From: an uncultured Clostridia bacterium
Lineage (GTDB): Bacteria; Bacillota; Clostridia; TANB77; CAG-508
NCBI GenBank assembly: GCA_944392805.1
Contig: CALXXZ010000002.1
Coordinates: forward strand, 169,637 to 233,636
Reading direction: 5' to 3'
DNA length: 64,000 nucleotides
Shown: one piece after another, positions 9,796 to 19,003 of the stretch
Layout of the letters: every line of letters starts with the position of its first letter
Position numbering within the stretch: the stretch's first letter is position 1
Position numbers and translations under genes: made by a program
Notes under the pieces: generated by a model
Seen by the model: the letters and a program-made list of their open reading frames with translations, nothing else
The model's database searches: none
What the model was told of the DNA's origin: nothing

Positions 9796-9892
9796 TTCTC
9801 TTCCTCCTTTCTTTTTTTATGTTTACTATTGTAACATGTTTCTCCTTTTTTGGCTAGTATTAACACAAAAAAATCACAAAAATTGAAATAAG

Positions 9893-9978
9893 GTCTGTCC
9901 CAAAATTTCCAAAAAGGAAAAAAGGGGACTGTCCCAAAATTACCCAAAGGGAAAAAAGGGGACTGTCCCAAAATTACC
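9893..9978 (+). repeat. inverted-orientation copies (partial + 2 full) of the REP-like unit
   Basis: GGTCTGTCCCAAAATT, then two copies of ...GGAAAAAAGGGGACTGTCCCAAAATTACC. This is the reverse complement of the left-flank units, and the last unit overlaps the stop codon of the 9974..17971 gene. Confidence 0.8.
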
Positions 9979-12900
9979 TTATTACCTCAATATTAAATAT
10001 TTTACCTGAATCATCTAGTTTTATACTATTTTCAATTTCATTTCCATCAAGTAAAACTTTAGTTTCTCCTTGGTTATTTTTATTCACATTTTTTATTTTT
10101 ATATTATAAATACTCTCTCCATATTTAAATCTCATACTATACTCTTCCCAATCTTTAGGAATGCATGGTTCGAATGATAAAGTATTATGATAAATTCTTA
10201 GTCCAAGAATATATTGAATACCAGCTAAATAGTACCAACTACTTGAACCTGTATACCATGTCCAACCTCCACAACCGGCTAAGTTTTGAGCACCATAAAC
10301 ATCTGCTGCTATTACATAAGGCTCTACCTTATATTTATTTGATGCTTCTTTAGTTCGGGCATGTTCTATTGGTGTTATCATTCTATACCATTCTACAGCT
10401 TTATCTCCATCTCCTAATATTGCTTCAGCTATAATTGCCCAAATGGCTGCATGTGTGTATTGTCCTCCATTTTCACGTACACCTGGTAGATATGATTTGA
10501 TATAACCTGGCTCTAATTTTCCTTTATCAAATGGTGGATCTAATAATTTGATAATTCCATTTTCTTTGTCTACTAAATGCTTTTCTAGACTTTCCATTGC
10601 AAGGTGTTTCTTTTCTTCTTCACCTGCCCCGGAAATTACTGACCAACTTTGTGCAATGCTATCTATTCGACATTCGTCATTTTCCATACATCCATATACA
10701 TCTCCATTGTCAGCAAAAGCTCTTTTGAACCATCTTCCATCCCAAGCATTTTTGTTTAAATTTTCATATAAATTTTGCATTACAACTTTATATTTTTTTA
10801 TAAATTCATTATCCTGTTTCCTTCTTGCAATTTTGATGAATTCTGTTAGTATTTTATATAAGAAAAATCCTAACCACACACTTTCTCCTTTTCCTTCTGG
10901 CCCTATATTGCTAAATCCATCATTCCAATCTCCTATCCCTATTTTAGGCAAGCCATTTTCTCCAAATTTACTAGCTCTTTCTATTGCTTTTTTGCAATGT
11001 TCATATATGCTTTCCTCAACGTCACTTGGTAAATATTTGTCATATTTTTCTTTTTCATTTTCCTGTAACTCTTGTCCTTGTAAATAATGTGTTTTTACTT
11101 CTAATATATCAAAATCTCCAGTATGGAAAATATATTCAATTACTGCATATGGAAGCCATAATAAGTCATCTGAAAATTTAGTTCTAATTCCTCTACTATT
11201 TTCATCATGCCACCAATGTTCTACATCTCCTTCTAAAAATTGATGCTGACTGTGTTTTATTATTTGATTATATAAAAATTGTGGTGTCAAATATTTTAAT
11301 GAAAATGTATCTTGTAATTGGTCTCTAAATCCAAATGCTCCTCCTGATTGATAAAATCCGCTTCTTCCCATTAATCTACTAACTATTGTCTGATATGCTA
11401 CCCAACCATTTAGCATGATATTTAAAGATTCATATGGTGTTTTGACTTGTATTCTTCCAAGTAGTTCATTCCATTTATTTTTTACCTTATTTAATTCCAT
11501 ATTACAATTTTGAGTTTTTGAATATTTATATGCTACATCTTTTGCATTTATTAAATTATCATCTGCTCCCATTATGATTGAAATCTTTTTATCTGAAAAA
11601 CTTTCTATTTCAATCTCTATTTCAATTGCTATGCAAGATTTTTTTCCAAGTCCTGTATCATTATCTAATCTCATATGATGTAATCCACTTGGATTTGTTA
11701 TGCCTCCTGTTCCGAAAAAACTTTTCTTATTTCCTGTAAATGATGTTATTTTCTCACTACTTGATACATATACAATATTTTGAAATTCATCAGTTCTATA
11801 CAAGTTCTTAGCAATTATAATATTAGAATTTTCTTCATATTGAAGTTTTATATAATTATCTGATTTTATTTCATCTTCACCTAATACAGTTTTAATATAA
11901 TAAACTATCTTTAATTTTTTCTTTTTAGGAGCATTATTTTTAAGTGTTAATATATTTATTTTTACACTATCTTCTTGTGGTATAAATACTTCAAGCTCTT
12001 GCATAATTTCATCACTACTATGAATATATTTTGCATATCCAAACCCAAATATTGCATTATAAATTTTGTCATCAGGTTTTGGCATTGCAGTAGGTGACCA
12101 AATTCTTCCATTTTCAATATCTTTTATATATATTGCTTCTGATGGAATATTTATACTACTACTATTGTGCCAACTTGTAATTCTATTTAATCTACTATTT
12201 TTATACCAAGTATATCCACCATTGCTTTCTGTTATAACACTTCCAAACTTTTCATTCCCAATTATATGACTCCAAGTCGTTGGTGTTTTATTTTCTTTAC
12301 TTACTTTTATTAAATATTCTTTTCCATCTTCTGAAAATGCTCCATATTCATTATAATATTTTAATCTTTCTGTATTACTTAAAATATCAATTGAATTGGT
12401 ATTATCAGGTTCTGAAACAATCTTTTCAGTTTTCTCAATTATTCTATAATTGTCTAATACATCTTCTTCAATATCTTTTATGACATTTACTAAGTTACCT
12501 AAATGGCTGTCTATGACAATTGTTGATAAAAATTTAATTAGGTTTACATCTTGAATATTCATTTCATTTTTTGAAAGTACAAATATACCTCCATATATAT
12601 TTTTCATATATGCTAAATGACTATTTAATATAACACCTTCAATTTCATCTCTTATATAATTTTCATAACTATAATTTTCTTCATTTATAATTACTAATTC
12701 TACTTTTATATTTTTTGTTTTTAAATATTCATATGCTTTTATTATTTGTTTAATAACATATAAATCATTTACATATTTAATTGTTACAGTAATTATTGGT
12801 AAATCTCCTGATATTCCATATTTCCATAAATCTTTTTGTTCATATATTTTATAGCCTAGTTTTTCATTTTGTTTTATAGGATTGTCAAATAATATATAAG

Positions 12901-15900
12901 ACATTATTGTTTGATATATATCTATATCTTTTCCTTTGACTTCCAAATATCTTGATTCTGCTTCTGTTTTTGCTTTTACAATTTCAAACTCTCTTGTTAC
13001 ATTTTCCATTATATTAAATTTTTCTAGATTTTTTAGTGCAATTTCTGCATCATATTCTACTGATAATAATAAATCCACAAAAACTTTTTCCTTTGGTTTT
13101 ACTTTTATTGTATTTTTTAATGCAATTATTCCTTCAGTCACTAATCCTACTCTTTTTGAAAATGGTTCAGAATTTTGTATCATTTTTGGAATTCCCAAAT
13201 TATTTCTTCCGATGAATTTTTCTTTACTTATTTCAAATTCAGTTTCACCAATTTTCTCACAGTTTGTCTGCATTTTTGCAATTAAATATAGTTCTTTATT
13301 ATTATTTTCTCTTTCTTTTCTTTTTACTTTTATACTGTCTGTATTTTCGTCATATTCATATATTAAGAATAAATTGTTAAATGCTTGATGTGCATAATCT
13401 TGTTCTTTTCTTGATAATACAGGTTCAAAATAACTTGTTATTTCAAATATCTTTTCATCATTAGAATTATTTTTAATTTCTAATCTGCGTATTTCTACTG
13501 GTTCATTTGCATCTACTGTTGTTTTAAATGTTGTTTTTATATCATCTTTTATTTTCTCAAATTTACTTGTATCAGGCATGAAACTTATTGTAAATTTATC
13601 ACAATTATCATTTCCTGTGCTTGACCATATTTCATTTGTTTTTATATCTTTAATATAGAAAAATATACCTTGTTCATAATCATCAGTCTTTTTGTATCTA
13701 TTTATATAATTTCCTTCAAAACTACTTACTCCTTCACCTAATTGATTTATTGCAACAGTATATTTTTCATTTCCGATTACATTTCCTCTTATTACTCTTT
13801 CATCTATTTTTGTATATTCTCTAACACTATAATTTTCATAATCCTCATATTTTATTTTTTCTGGTTTTTCTTTGTTTTCTTTTGTTATTATAAATGTTTC
13901 TGGCATTCTTTCTTGTAATAATATACTTACTGCTTCAATTTCTGGATTTTGCATAAATCTTTTTTGAAAAATTTTATCATTAAACAAATTATTTATAGAT
14001 AGTAATATAAGTGCTTGATGATGTGCCATGTATGTTTTTACTGGCTCATATTTTCTACCTTTTGATAATCTTTCTGGTGTATAATCTATTGATTCATAAA
14101 ATCCATATTTATTATTCATTCCTTGTTTTTCTAATATTCTTAAATTTTCTACTACTTCTTTTGGCTTATCTGTAATTGCTAATATACTTCCATAACTTGA
14201 TACTACCATTTCATCTGCAAGTCCTCTTTTTAGCCCTAACCACGGAATTCCAAATGCTTTATATTGGTAATTTGAATGCAAATCTTTTAAATTAAATGCT
14301 GATTCTGATATTCCCCAAGGAATTCCTAATTTATTACTATATTCAATTTGATTCATTATTAAGAATTTACATGATTCGTCTAATAGACTTCCTTCATATC
14401 TAGGTATATTTATATTTGGCATTAAATATTCAAATGCTGTTCCTGACCATGAGATTAATCCTTTATATTTTTTTAATACTGTAAGTGTTCTACTTAAACA
14501 GTTCCAATGTTTTGAAGGTACATCTTTTTTTGCTATTGCAACTATACTTGCTTGTCTTGCTTCTGATGCTAACAAATCATAATATGAATCTGTTAATTTA
14601 TTATCTTCAATATTAAACCCAATTGAAAATAATCTCTGTTCTTCACTATATAATACTTTAAAATTAGTTTCTTCTATCATCTGTGTCAATTTATCTATTA
14701 AATCTTGTACATCTACATCTTCTAAGTTTTGTAAGAATGCTCTAGTTGTATACATATATCCAACTAAATTTCCACTATCTACTGTTGATACATATCTAGG
14801 TATTAGTGGTTCTAAAGTTTTTGTATTATACCAGTTATATAAATGTCCATTCCATTTTGGTAATTCATATATTTTATTTATGATATTTGTTAATAAATTT
14901 ATTGTATCTATTTCACTTTCTAATCCTAAATCATAACTTGAGATGACCGCTAATAGTGATAATCCTATATTTGTTGATGATGTTCTTGATACGATAAGTG
15001 TTTTTCTTTCTTCTTGATAATTATCTGGCATTAAATAATTATTTTCTGGTGTAAGATATTCTTTAAAAAATCCCCATGTTTTTTCTGCAATTTCTAATAA
15101 GTATTTACTATCTTCCTTACTTATTTCATCTATCTTTGAACTTTTAGTAGTATCTTTACTAATCATGCACATCACATATGGTGTAATTATCCACAAAATA
15201 CCAATAATTGTTAATAATATCTGTTTATTTAACATTCCAATTACTATAAGAATTGCTCCTAATATCACATTAATTAACATCATTTTATAATAATTTATTA
15301 GTGATGTTTGTGATTGTTTTTCCGCTTCTTCTGATGTCATCCATTCTAATAAATGTTTGTGAGAAATTAATAATCTGTATATAGTTTTTGATATTGCTAT
15401 AATTCCGATATATGCTTTATATGGTAGACAACCAATTGTTAATATTGCTCTATATATCGCACCTTTAAATCCAGCTATTCTAGGTGTAAATGTTTTTTGT
15501 TTTTTCTCTCCTTCTTTTCTTGAAAATGCTAGATTAATTATTTCTAATAATTGAGGTAATATTACTATCCCTAATAATGTTGCTACAAACCAATTTTGTG
15601 GTTTTACAAATATTAGTAATAATGTTGCTATTTCAAATATACTTCTTCTTAAATTATCAAATATTTTATATTTTGAAAGTAAATTAAGTTTACTTGTTAG
15701 CCAACTACTTATCTGCCAATCTCCTCTTATCCATCTTGATAATCTATTCATAAAGCTTGAATATTTTAGAGGATATCCGTCCATTAGCATAATATCTGAT
15801 GCTAATCCACATCTTAGATAATTTCCTTCTAACAAATCATGACTCAATACTTTATTTTCTGGTATTTCATGTTTTAATACTTTTGAAAATACTTCAACAT

Positions 15901-17971
15901 CATATATTCCTTTTCCTGTGAATATTCCTTCTTGAAAATTATCTTGATAAGTGTCTGATATTGCATTTGTATAACTATCTATTCCACCTGCTCCTGCAAA
16001 TATTTTTGTGAATAGATTTTTATTACTTATATCCAAATTTATCCCTATACGTGGTTGTATTAATCCATGTCCTTTTACAACTATATTCTTCTTTTCATCT
16101 ATTTCTGGTTTATTCAATATATGTGACATTGCTCCTATTAGTTCAAATGCCGTATTTAATACTAATTCTGTATCTGCATCTAATGTTATTACATATTTTA
16201 TTTTTGGTAATTGTTCTTGATTTATTGTGTTTATCTTAAATTTGTTTTTTTCATGTTTTAAAATATATTCATTAAATTGTGTTATTAAACCTCTTTTTCT
16301 TTCCCATCCTAAATATTTATCTTCATTTTTATTATAAAATCTTTCTCTATACAAAAAATGAAATATTGTAAAACCATCAGTTGAATATTTTTGATTTAAT
16401 CTATCAGCTTGTTTTATTCCTTCATCTTCTACCTCATCATCAAAGTTTTCATTTTTGCTATCACTTTCTGAACAATCTCCTAATAAAGCAAAATATAAGT
16501 TTTCACTTTTATTTGCTAGATAATATACTTCTAGTTTTTTAAATAATTCTTGTACTTTTTCTTTACTTTTTATTATTGTTGGGATTATTACAAATGTTGC
16601 ATTTTGCTTATCTATTCCTTTTGAACAGTCCATTTTGGGAATTAATTTTGGTTTTACTATTTTTCCTAATATATATTGTATTATCTGAATTACAAATTCT
16701 GATACTGGTATTGTTAAAATTATTGCTATTAAAATATTTCTTGATATTAAAACTGTTGTTAGTAATGTAAATATTATTATAGACCATATATATAATTTTA
16801 CTTTATTTTCTGGTTTTATGGTTCTTTCTTTATATTCTAATTTTTCATATAATTCTTTTTTTCCTTCATCAATTAAATAATATCCTATATGTTTTTGTTT
16901 TGTATTTTCTTTATTAGCTTCACATATTTCTATTGCTTTTTTTGCAATATATATTTCTGACATTTTAGTTTTTTTAGCAATTTCTTTTATTGAGTTTCTA
17001 TAATATTCCTTTGTTTTATATTCCATGTTTTCATATATGTGTGCTGGATCTTGATTTAATATTCCTTCTACTCCATTTATTTGTTCAAATATTTCTAAAA
17101 AGTTAATTCTTTGGATTTTCTTTATACTTGTTATACAGTTTGCTATTGAAATTTTCCTTATTGCAGTATCAAAATGTTCTTTTTGTATGGCTTCTGGTAC
17201 TGTTATTCCTATTTTTTCAACTTCTTCTTCTAATATGTTTAAATATCCATATGCTTTTTTTCCATATTTTTTTAGTGAATATGACATATATTCTATAAAT
17301 GGATATTTCATACTTTTAAATTCATTATTTCTTAATTTTGTTCCTGATAATTGATTGAATTTTAATTCACTCTTCTCCTTTTTTTCAACTAGCCTTTCAA
17401 TTATATTTCTTACTTTATATTTTTGTATCTGACTACTTAATATTTTTTCACATATTTCTGCTATATTGTTTATTATTGCTATCTGTAAAAATACACCTAT
17501 ATTCCATATTTCTTCCATGTTTAATGTTTTTATTGTTTGATATGATTGTAAATATTTTTTTAGACTATCACTATCTATTTTGTTATCTGTATATGCTACA
17601 ATTTCTGTTGCTAGGACATATATTCTTGCAAATCCTGCATATTTTCCGTTTTGAATTCCTACAAAATTTGTATATTTTTTGATTGTTATTTCTTTTTCTA
17701 TTTGTCTTACTGCTTCTTCTATTATATAAAAATTGTCTAATATCCACTCTCCTGCTGGATGTATACTTATTCCTAATTTTATATGTTCATTTAATAAATT
17801 ATATACATTTTTTATCATTCCATAATTTTCTAATAATTTAGGTATTGGGTATGTGCTTTTATTTGATTTATGTTTTAATGAATATTGCATTCCTATTTTT
17901 TCTAATTGCTTTTTTAATTGCTCTTCATCTAATATTGCACTCTCTATATTTAAGTTTTGATATTTTTTCAA
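9974..17971 (-). CDS. giant (2665 aa) cyclic beta-1,2-glucan synthase-like protein (membrane GT84-like glycosyltransferase + GH94 glycoside phosphorylase-like C-terminal region)
   Basis: Single uninterrupted 8-kb ORF. The central part has multiple TM helices around a glycosyltransferase core (ITLDADTEL DxD-like, LSRWIRGDWQ RW motif). The C-terminal ~900 aa carry the GH94 cellobiose-phosphorylase-like (alpha/alpha)6 barrel (..QSGGAFGFRDQLQD.., ..GENGGQYTHAAIWAI..). The N-terminal ~400 aa are cytoplasmic. Confidence 0.7.
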   Translation of the reverse strand: MKKYQNLNIESAILDEEQLKKQLEKIGMQYSLKHKSNKSTYPIPKLLENYGMIKNVYNLLNEHIKLGISIHPAGEWILDNFYIIEEAVRQIEKEITIKKYTNFVGIQNGKYAGFARIYVLATEIVAYTDNKIDSDSLKKYLQSYQTIKTLNMEEIWNIGVFLQIAIINNIAEICEKILSSQIQKYKVRNIIERLVEKKEKSELKFNQLSGTKLRNNEFKSMKYPFIEYMSYSLKKYGKKAYGYLNILEEEVEKIGITVPEAIQKEHFDTAIRKISIANCITSIKKIQRINFLEIFEQINGVEGILNQDPAHIYENMEYKTKEYYRNSIKEIAKKTKMSEIYIAKKAIEICEANKENTKQKHIGYYLIDEGKKELYEKLEYKERTIKPENKVKLYIWSIIIFTLLTTVLISRNILIAIILTIPVSEFVIQIIQYILGKIVKPKLIPKMDCSKGIDKQNATFVIIPTIIKSKEKVQELFKKLEVYYLANKSENLYFALLGDCSESDSKNENFDDEVEDEGIKQADRLNQKYSTDGFTIFHFLYRERFYNKNEDKYLGWERKRGLITQFNEYILKHEKNKFKINTINQEQLPKIKYVITLDADTELVLNTAFELIGAMSHILNKPEIDEKKNIVVKGHGLIQPRIGINLDISNKNLFTKIFAGAGGIDSYTNAISDTYQDNFQEGIFTGKGIYDVEVFSKVLKHEIPENKVLSHDLLEGNYLRCGLASDIMLMDGYPLKYSSFMNRLSRWIRGDWQISSWLTSKLNLLSKYKIFDNLRRSIFEIATLLLIFVKPQNWFVATLLGIVILPQLLEIINLAFSRKEGEKKQKTFTPRIAGFKGAIYRAILTIGCLPYKAYIGIIAISKTIYRLLISHKHLLEWMTSEEAEKQSQTSLINYYKMMLINVILGAILIVIGMLNKQILLTIIGILWIITPYVMCMISKDTTKSSKIDEISKEDSKYLLEIAEKTWGFFKEYLTPENNYLMPDNYQEERKTLIVSRTSSTNIGLSLLAVISSYDLGLESEIDTINLLTNIINKIYELPKWNGHLYNWYNTKTLEPLIPRYVSTVDSGNLVGYMYTTRAFLQNLEDVDVQDLIDKLTQMIEETNFKVLYSEEQRLFSIGFNIEDNKLTDSYYDLLASEARQASIVAIAKKDVPSKHWNCLSRTLTVLKKYKGLISWSGTAFEYLMPNINIPRYEGSLLDESCKFLIMNQIEYSNKLGIPWGISESAFNLKDLHSNYQYKAFGIPWLGLKRGLADEMVVSSYGSILAITDKPKEVVENLRILEKQGMNNKYGFYESIDYTPERLSKGRKYEPVKTYMAHHQALILLSINNLFNDKIFQKRFMQNPEIEAVSILLQERMPETFIITKENKEKPEKIKYEDYENYSVREYTKIDERVIRGNVIGNEKYTVAINQLGEGVSSFEGNYINRYKKTDDYEQGIFFYIKDIKTNEIWSSTGNDNCDKFTISFMPDTSKFEKIKDDIKTTFKTTVDANEPVEIRRLEIKNNSNDEKIFEITSYFEPVLSRKEQDYAHQAFNNLFLIYEYDENTDSIKVKRKERENNNKELYLIAKMQTNCEKIGETEFEISKEKFIGRNNLGIPKMIQNSEPFSKRVGLVTEGIIALKNTIKVKPKEKVFVDLLLSVEYDAEIALKNLEKFNIMENVTREFEIVKAKTEAESRYLEVKGKDIDIYQTIMSYILFDNPIKQNEKLGYKIYEQKDLWKYGISGDLPIITVTIKYVNDLYVIKQIIKAYEYLKTKNIKVELVIINEENYSYENYIRDEIEGVILNSHLAYMKNIYGGIFVLSKNEMNIQDVNLIKFLSTIVIDSHLGNLVNVIKDIEEDVLDNYRIIEKTEKIVSEPDNTNSIDILSNTERLKYYNEYGAFSEDGKEYLIKVSKENKTPTTWSHIIGNEKFGSVITESNGGYTWYKNSRLNRITSWHNSSSINIPSEAIYIKDIENGRIWSPTAMPKPDDKIYNAIFGFGYAKYIHSSDEIMQELEVFIPQEDSVKINILTLKNNAPKKKKLKIVYYIKTVLGEDEIKSDNYIKLQYEENSNIIIAKNLYRTDEFQNIVYVSSSEKITSFTGNKKSFFGTGGITNPSGLHHMRLDNDTGLGKKSCIAIEIEIEIESFSDKKISIIMGADDNLINAKDVAYKYSKTQNCNMELNKVKNKWNELLGRIQVKTPYESLNIMLNGWVAYQTIVSRLMGRSGFYQSGGAFGFRDQLQDTFSLKYLTPQFLYNQIIKHSQHQFLEGDVEHWWHDENSRGIRTKFSDDLLWLPYAVIEYIFHTGDFDILEVKTHYLQGQELQENEKEKYDKYLPSDVEESIYEHCKKAIERASKFGENGLPKIGIGDWNDGFSNIGPEGKGESVWLGFFLYKILTEFIKIARRKQDNEFIKKYKVVMQNLYENLNKNAWDGRWFKRAFADNGDVYGCMENDECRIDSIAQSWSVISGAGEEEKKHLAMESLEKHLVDKENGIIKLLDPPFDKGKLEPGYIKSYLPGVRENGGQYTHAAIWAIIAEAILGDGDKAVEWYRMITPIEHARTKEASNKYKVEPYVIAADVYGAQNLAGCGGWTWYTGSSSWYYLAGIQYILGLRIYHNTLSFEPCIPKDWEEYSMRFKYGESIYNIKIKNVNKNNQGETKVLLDGNEIENSIKLDDSGKIFNIEVIR

Positions 17972-18046
17972 AAAAATTCCACTCCTTGCAAATATGTTTT
18001 ATACATATTGTTTGCAAAAAGTGGTTATTTATACATTTTTTAATTA

Positions 18047-18976
18047 TTAATAACGCTCATCATCTTCTTGTTGTATTTCATTGTTTACTGTATTTGTATT
18101 TTCTTTTTCTGATTCTTGTTGTTCTCTATATTCAGCAATTGCGTTTACAAATCTATTTTGATACTTTTGTCTCACATCTTCATAAGTTCTTTCTTGTTGC
18201 ATTAGAGTAGAATAATCAATTCCTGTTAATACTACATCTCCTAGTTGTGTTAATGTAGTTTCTTTATCTTGTTCTACTACTTCATCTTTTTCATATATGT
18301 TAACAATATCTCCATTTTGTTTTTGTGCTACTTTTTCTTTAGTACTGCCTTCTTCATTTGAAATAGTTGCACTTATTACTGGTAAATCTCCATCTACTCC
18401 TTTTTTTCCCATCTCTTGATATTCTTGTTCTGTGCAATATCTTAATATTCCATTTTCATCTTCATAAAATACTTTATCAAATGATGTTTTATAAAATTTA
18501 ACATCTTCTACACCTATCTCTGTATTATTATTTTCATTATATTGTTCAACATACATTTCTTTTACATAATTTAATACTTCTTCTGAAGTTTTAAGTTCTT
18601 GCACTTCATGTAAAACTTCTGTTTTTACTTCATCAATCATTCCTTCTGGTATCGTTACATTTAAATCACTTGCAAATTTTTCTCTTGGACTTTGATTCTT
18701 TTCTATATCTGTCTCTACTGTTTTTCCCTCATTTAGCCCTTTTATCTCATCTTTTCCATTATTATGTAATATTAATCCTAATCCACCAACGCCTAATACC
18801 CCAACAGCTCCAAATATTGCTGCTCTTGTACGCATTTTCTTTAAAACATTATTTTTTATTTCTCTTTTTTCTTCTCTATCTAAGGCTCTTTTTTCAAGTT
18901 TTTCTTGTTTTCTTATTTCTTTATTTATTTGTTTTTTAGCCATACGTTTTATTGGTCCAATTCTTTTGTTTCCCAT
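18047..18976 (-). CDS. hypothetical membrane-anchored protein (basic N-terminus, single TM, acidic ectodomain)
   Basis: 309 aa with a KR-rich N-terminus, a Gly-rich TM (AIFGAVGVLGVGGLGLIL) and a Glu/Asp-rich remainder. No known motif. Confidence 0.45.
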   Translation of the reverse strand: MGNKRIGPIKRMAKKQINKEIRKQEKLEKRALDREEKREIKNNVLKKMRTRAAIFGAVGVLGVGGLGLILHNNGKDEIKGLNEGKTVETDIEKNQSPREKFASDLNVTIPEGMIDEVKTEVLHEVQELKTSEEVLNYVKEMYVEQYNENNNTEIGVEDVKFYKTSFDKVFYEDENGILRYCTEQEYQEMGKKGVDGDLPVISATISNEEGSTKEKVAQKQNGDIVNIYEKDEVVEQDKETTLTQLGDVVLTGIDYSTLMQQERTYEDVRQKYQNRFVNAIAEYREQQESEKENTNTVNNEIQQEDDERY

Positions 18977-19003
18977 CTACTTTACCTCCATATATATAAT
19001 ACC

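Larger units (their letters stand above)
8946..9978 (-). mobile_element. REP/RayT-type element: IS200-like Y1 HUH transposase gene flanked by tandem REP-like hairpin repeats in inverted orientation
   Basis: The left flank has two tandem 34-nt units, GTAATTTTGGGACAGTCCCCTTTTTTCCCTTTGG. The right flank has about 2.5 units of the exact reverse complement, CCAAAGGGAAAAAAGGGGACTGTCCCAAAATTAC. The element sits exactly between the asnS stop (8945) and the 2665-aa gene stop (9974-9976). Confidence 0.65.

Noticed and set aside
9747-9971. 74-aa minus-strand ORF ([20 protein letters not shown]...)
   Set aside because: It is simply the translation of the tandem REP-like repeats (hence the repeated FFP(L/F)[10 protein letters not shown] peptide). 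It has no RBS and overlaps the transposase 5' end, so it is not a gene.
8946-9978. Possible CRISPR array suggested by repeated 34-nt units
   Set aside because: Only 2-2.5 directly abutting copies occur per side, with no unique spacers between them. The two sides are inverted relative to each other and flank a transposase, so this is REP/IS-end behaviour, not CRISPR.
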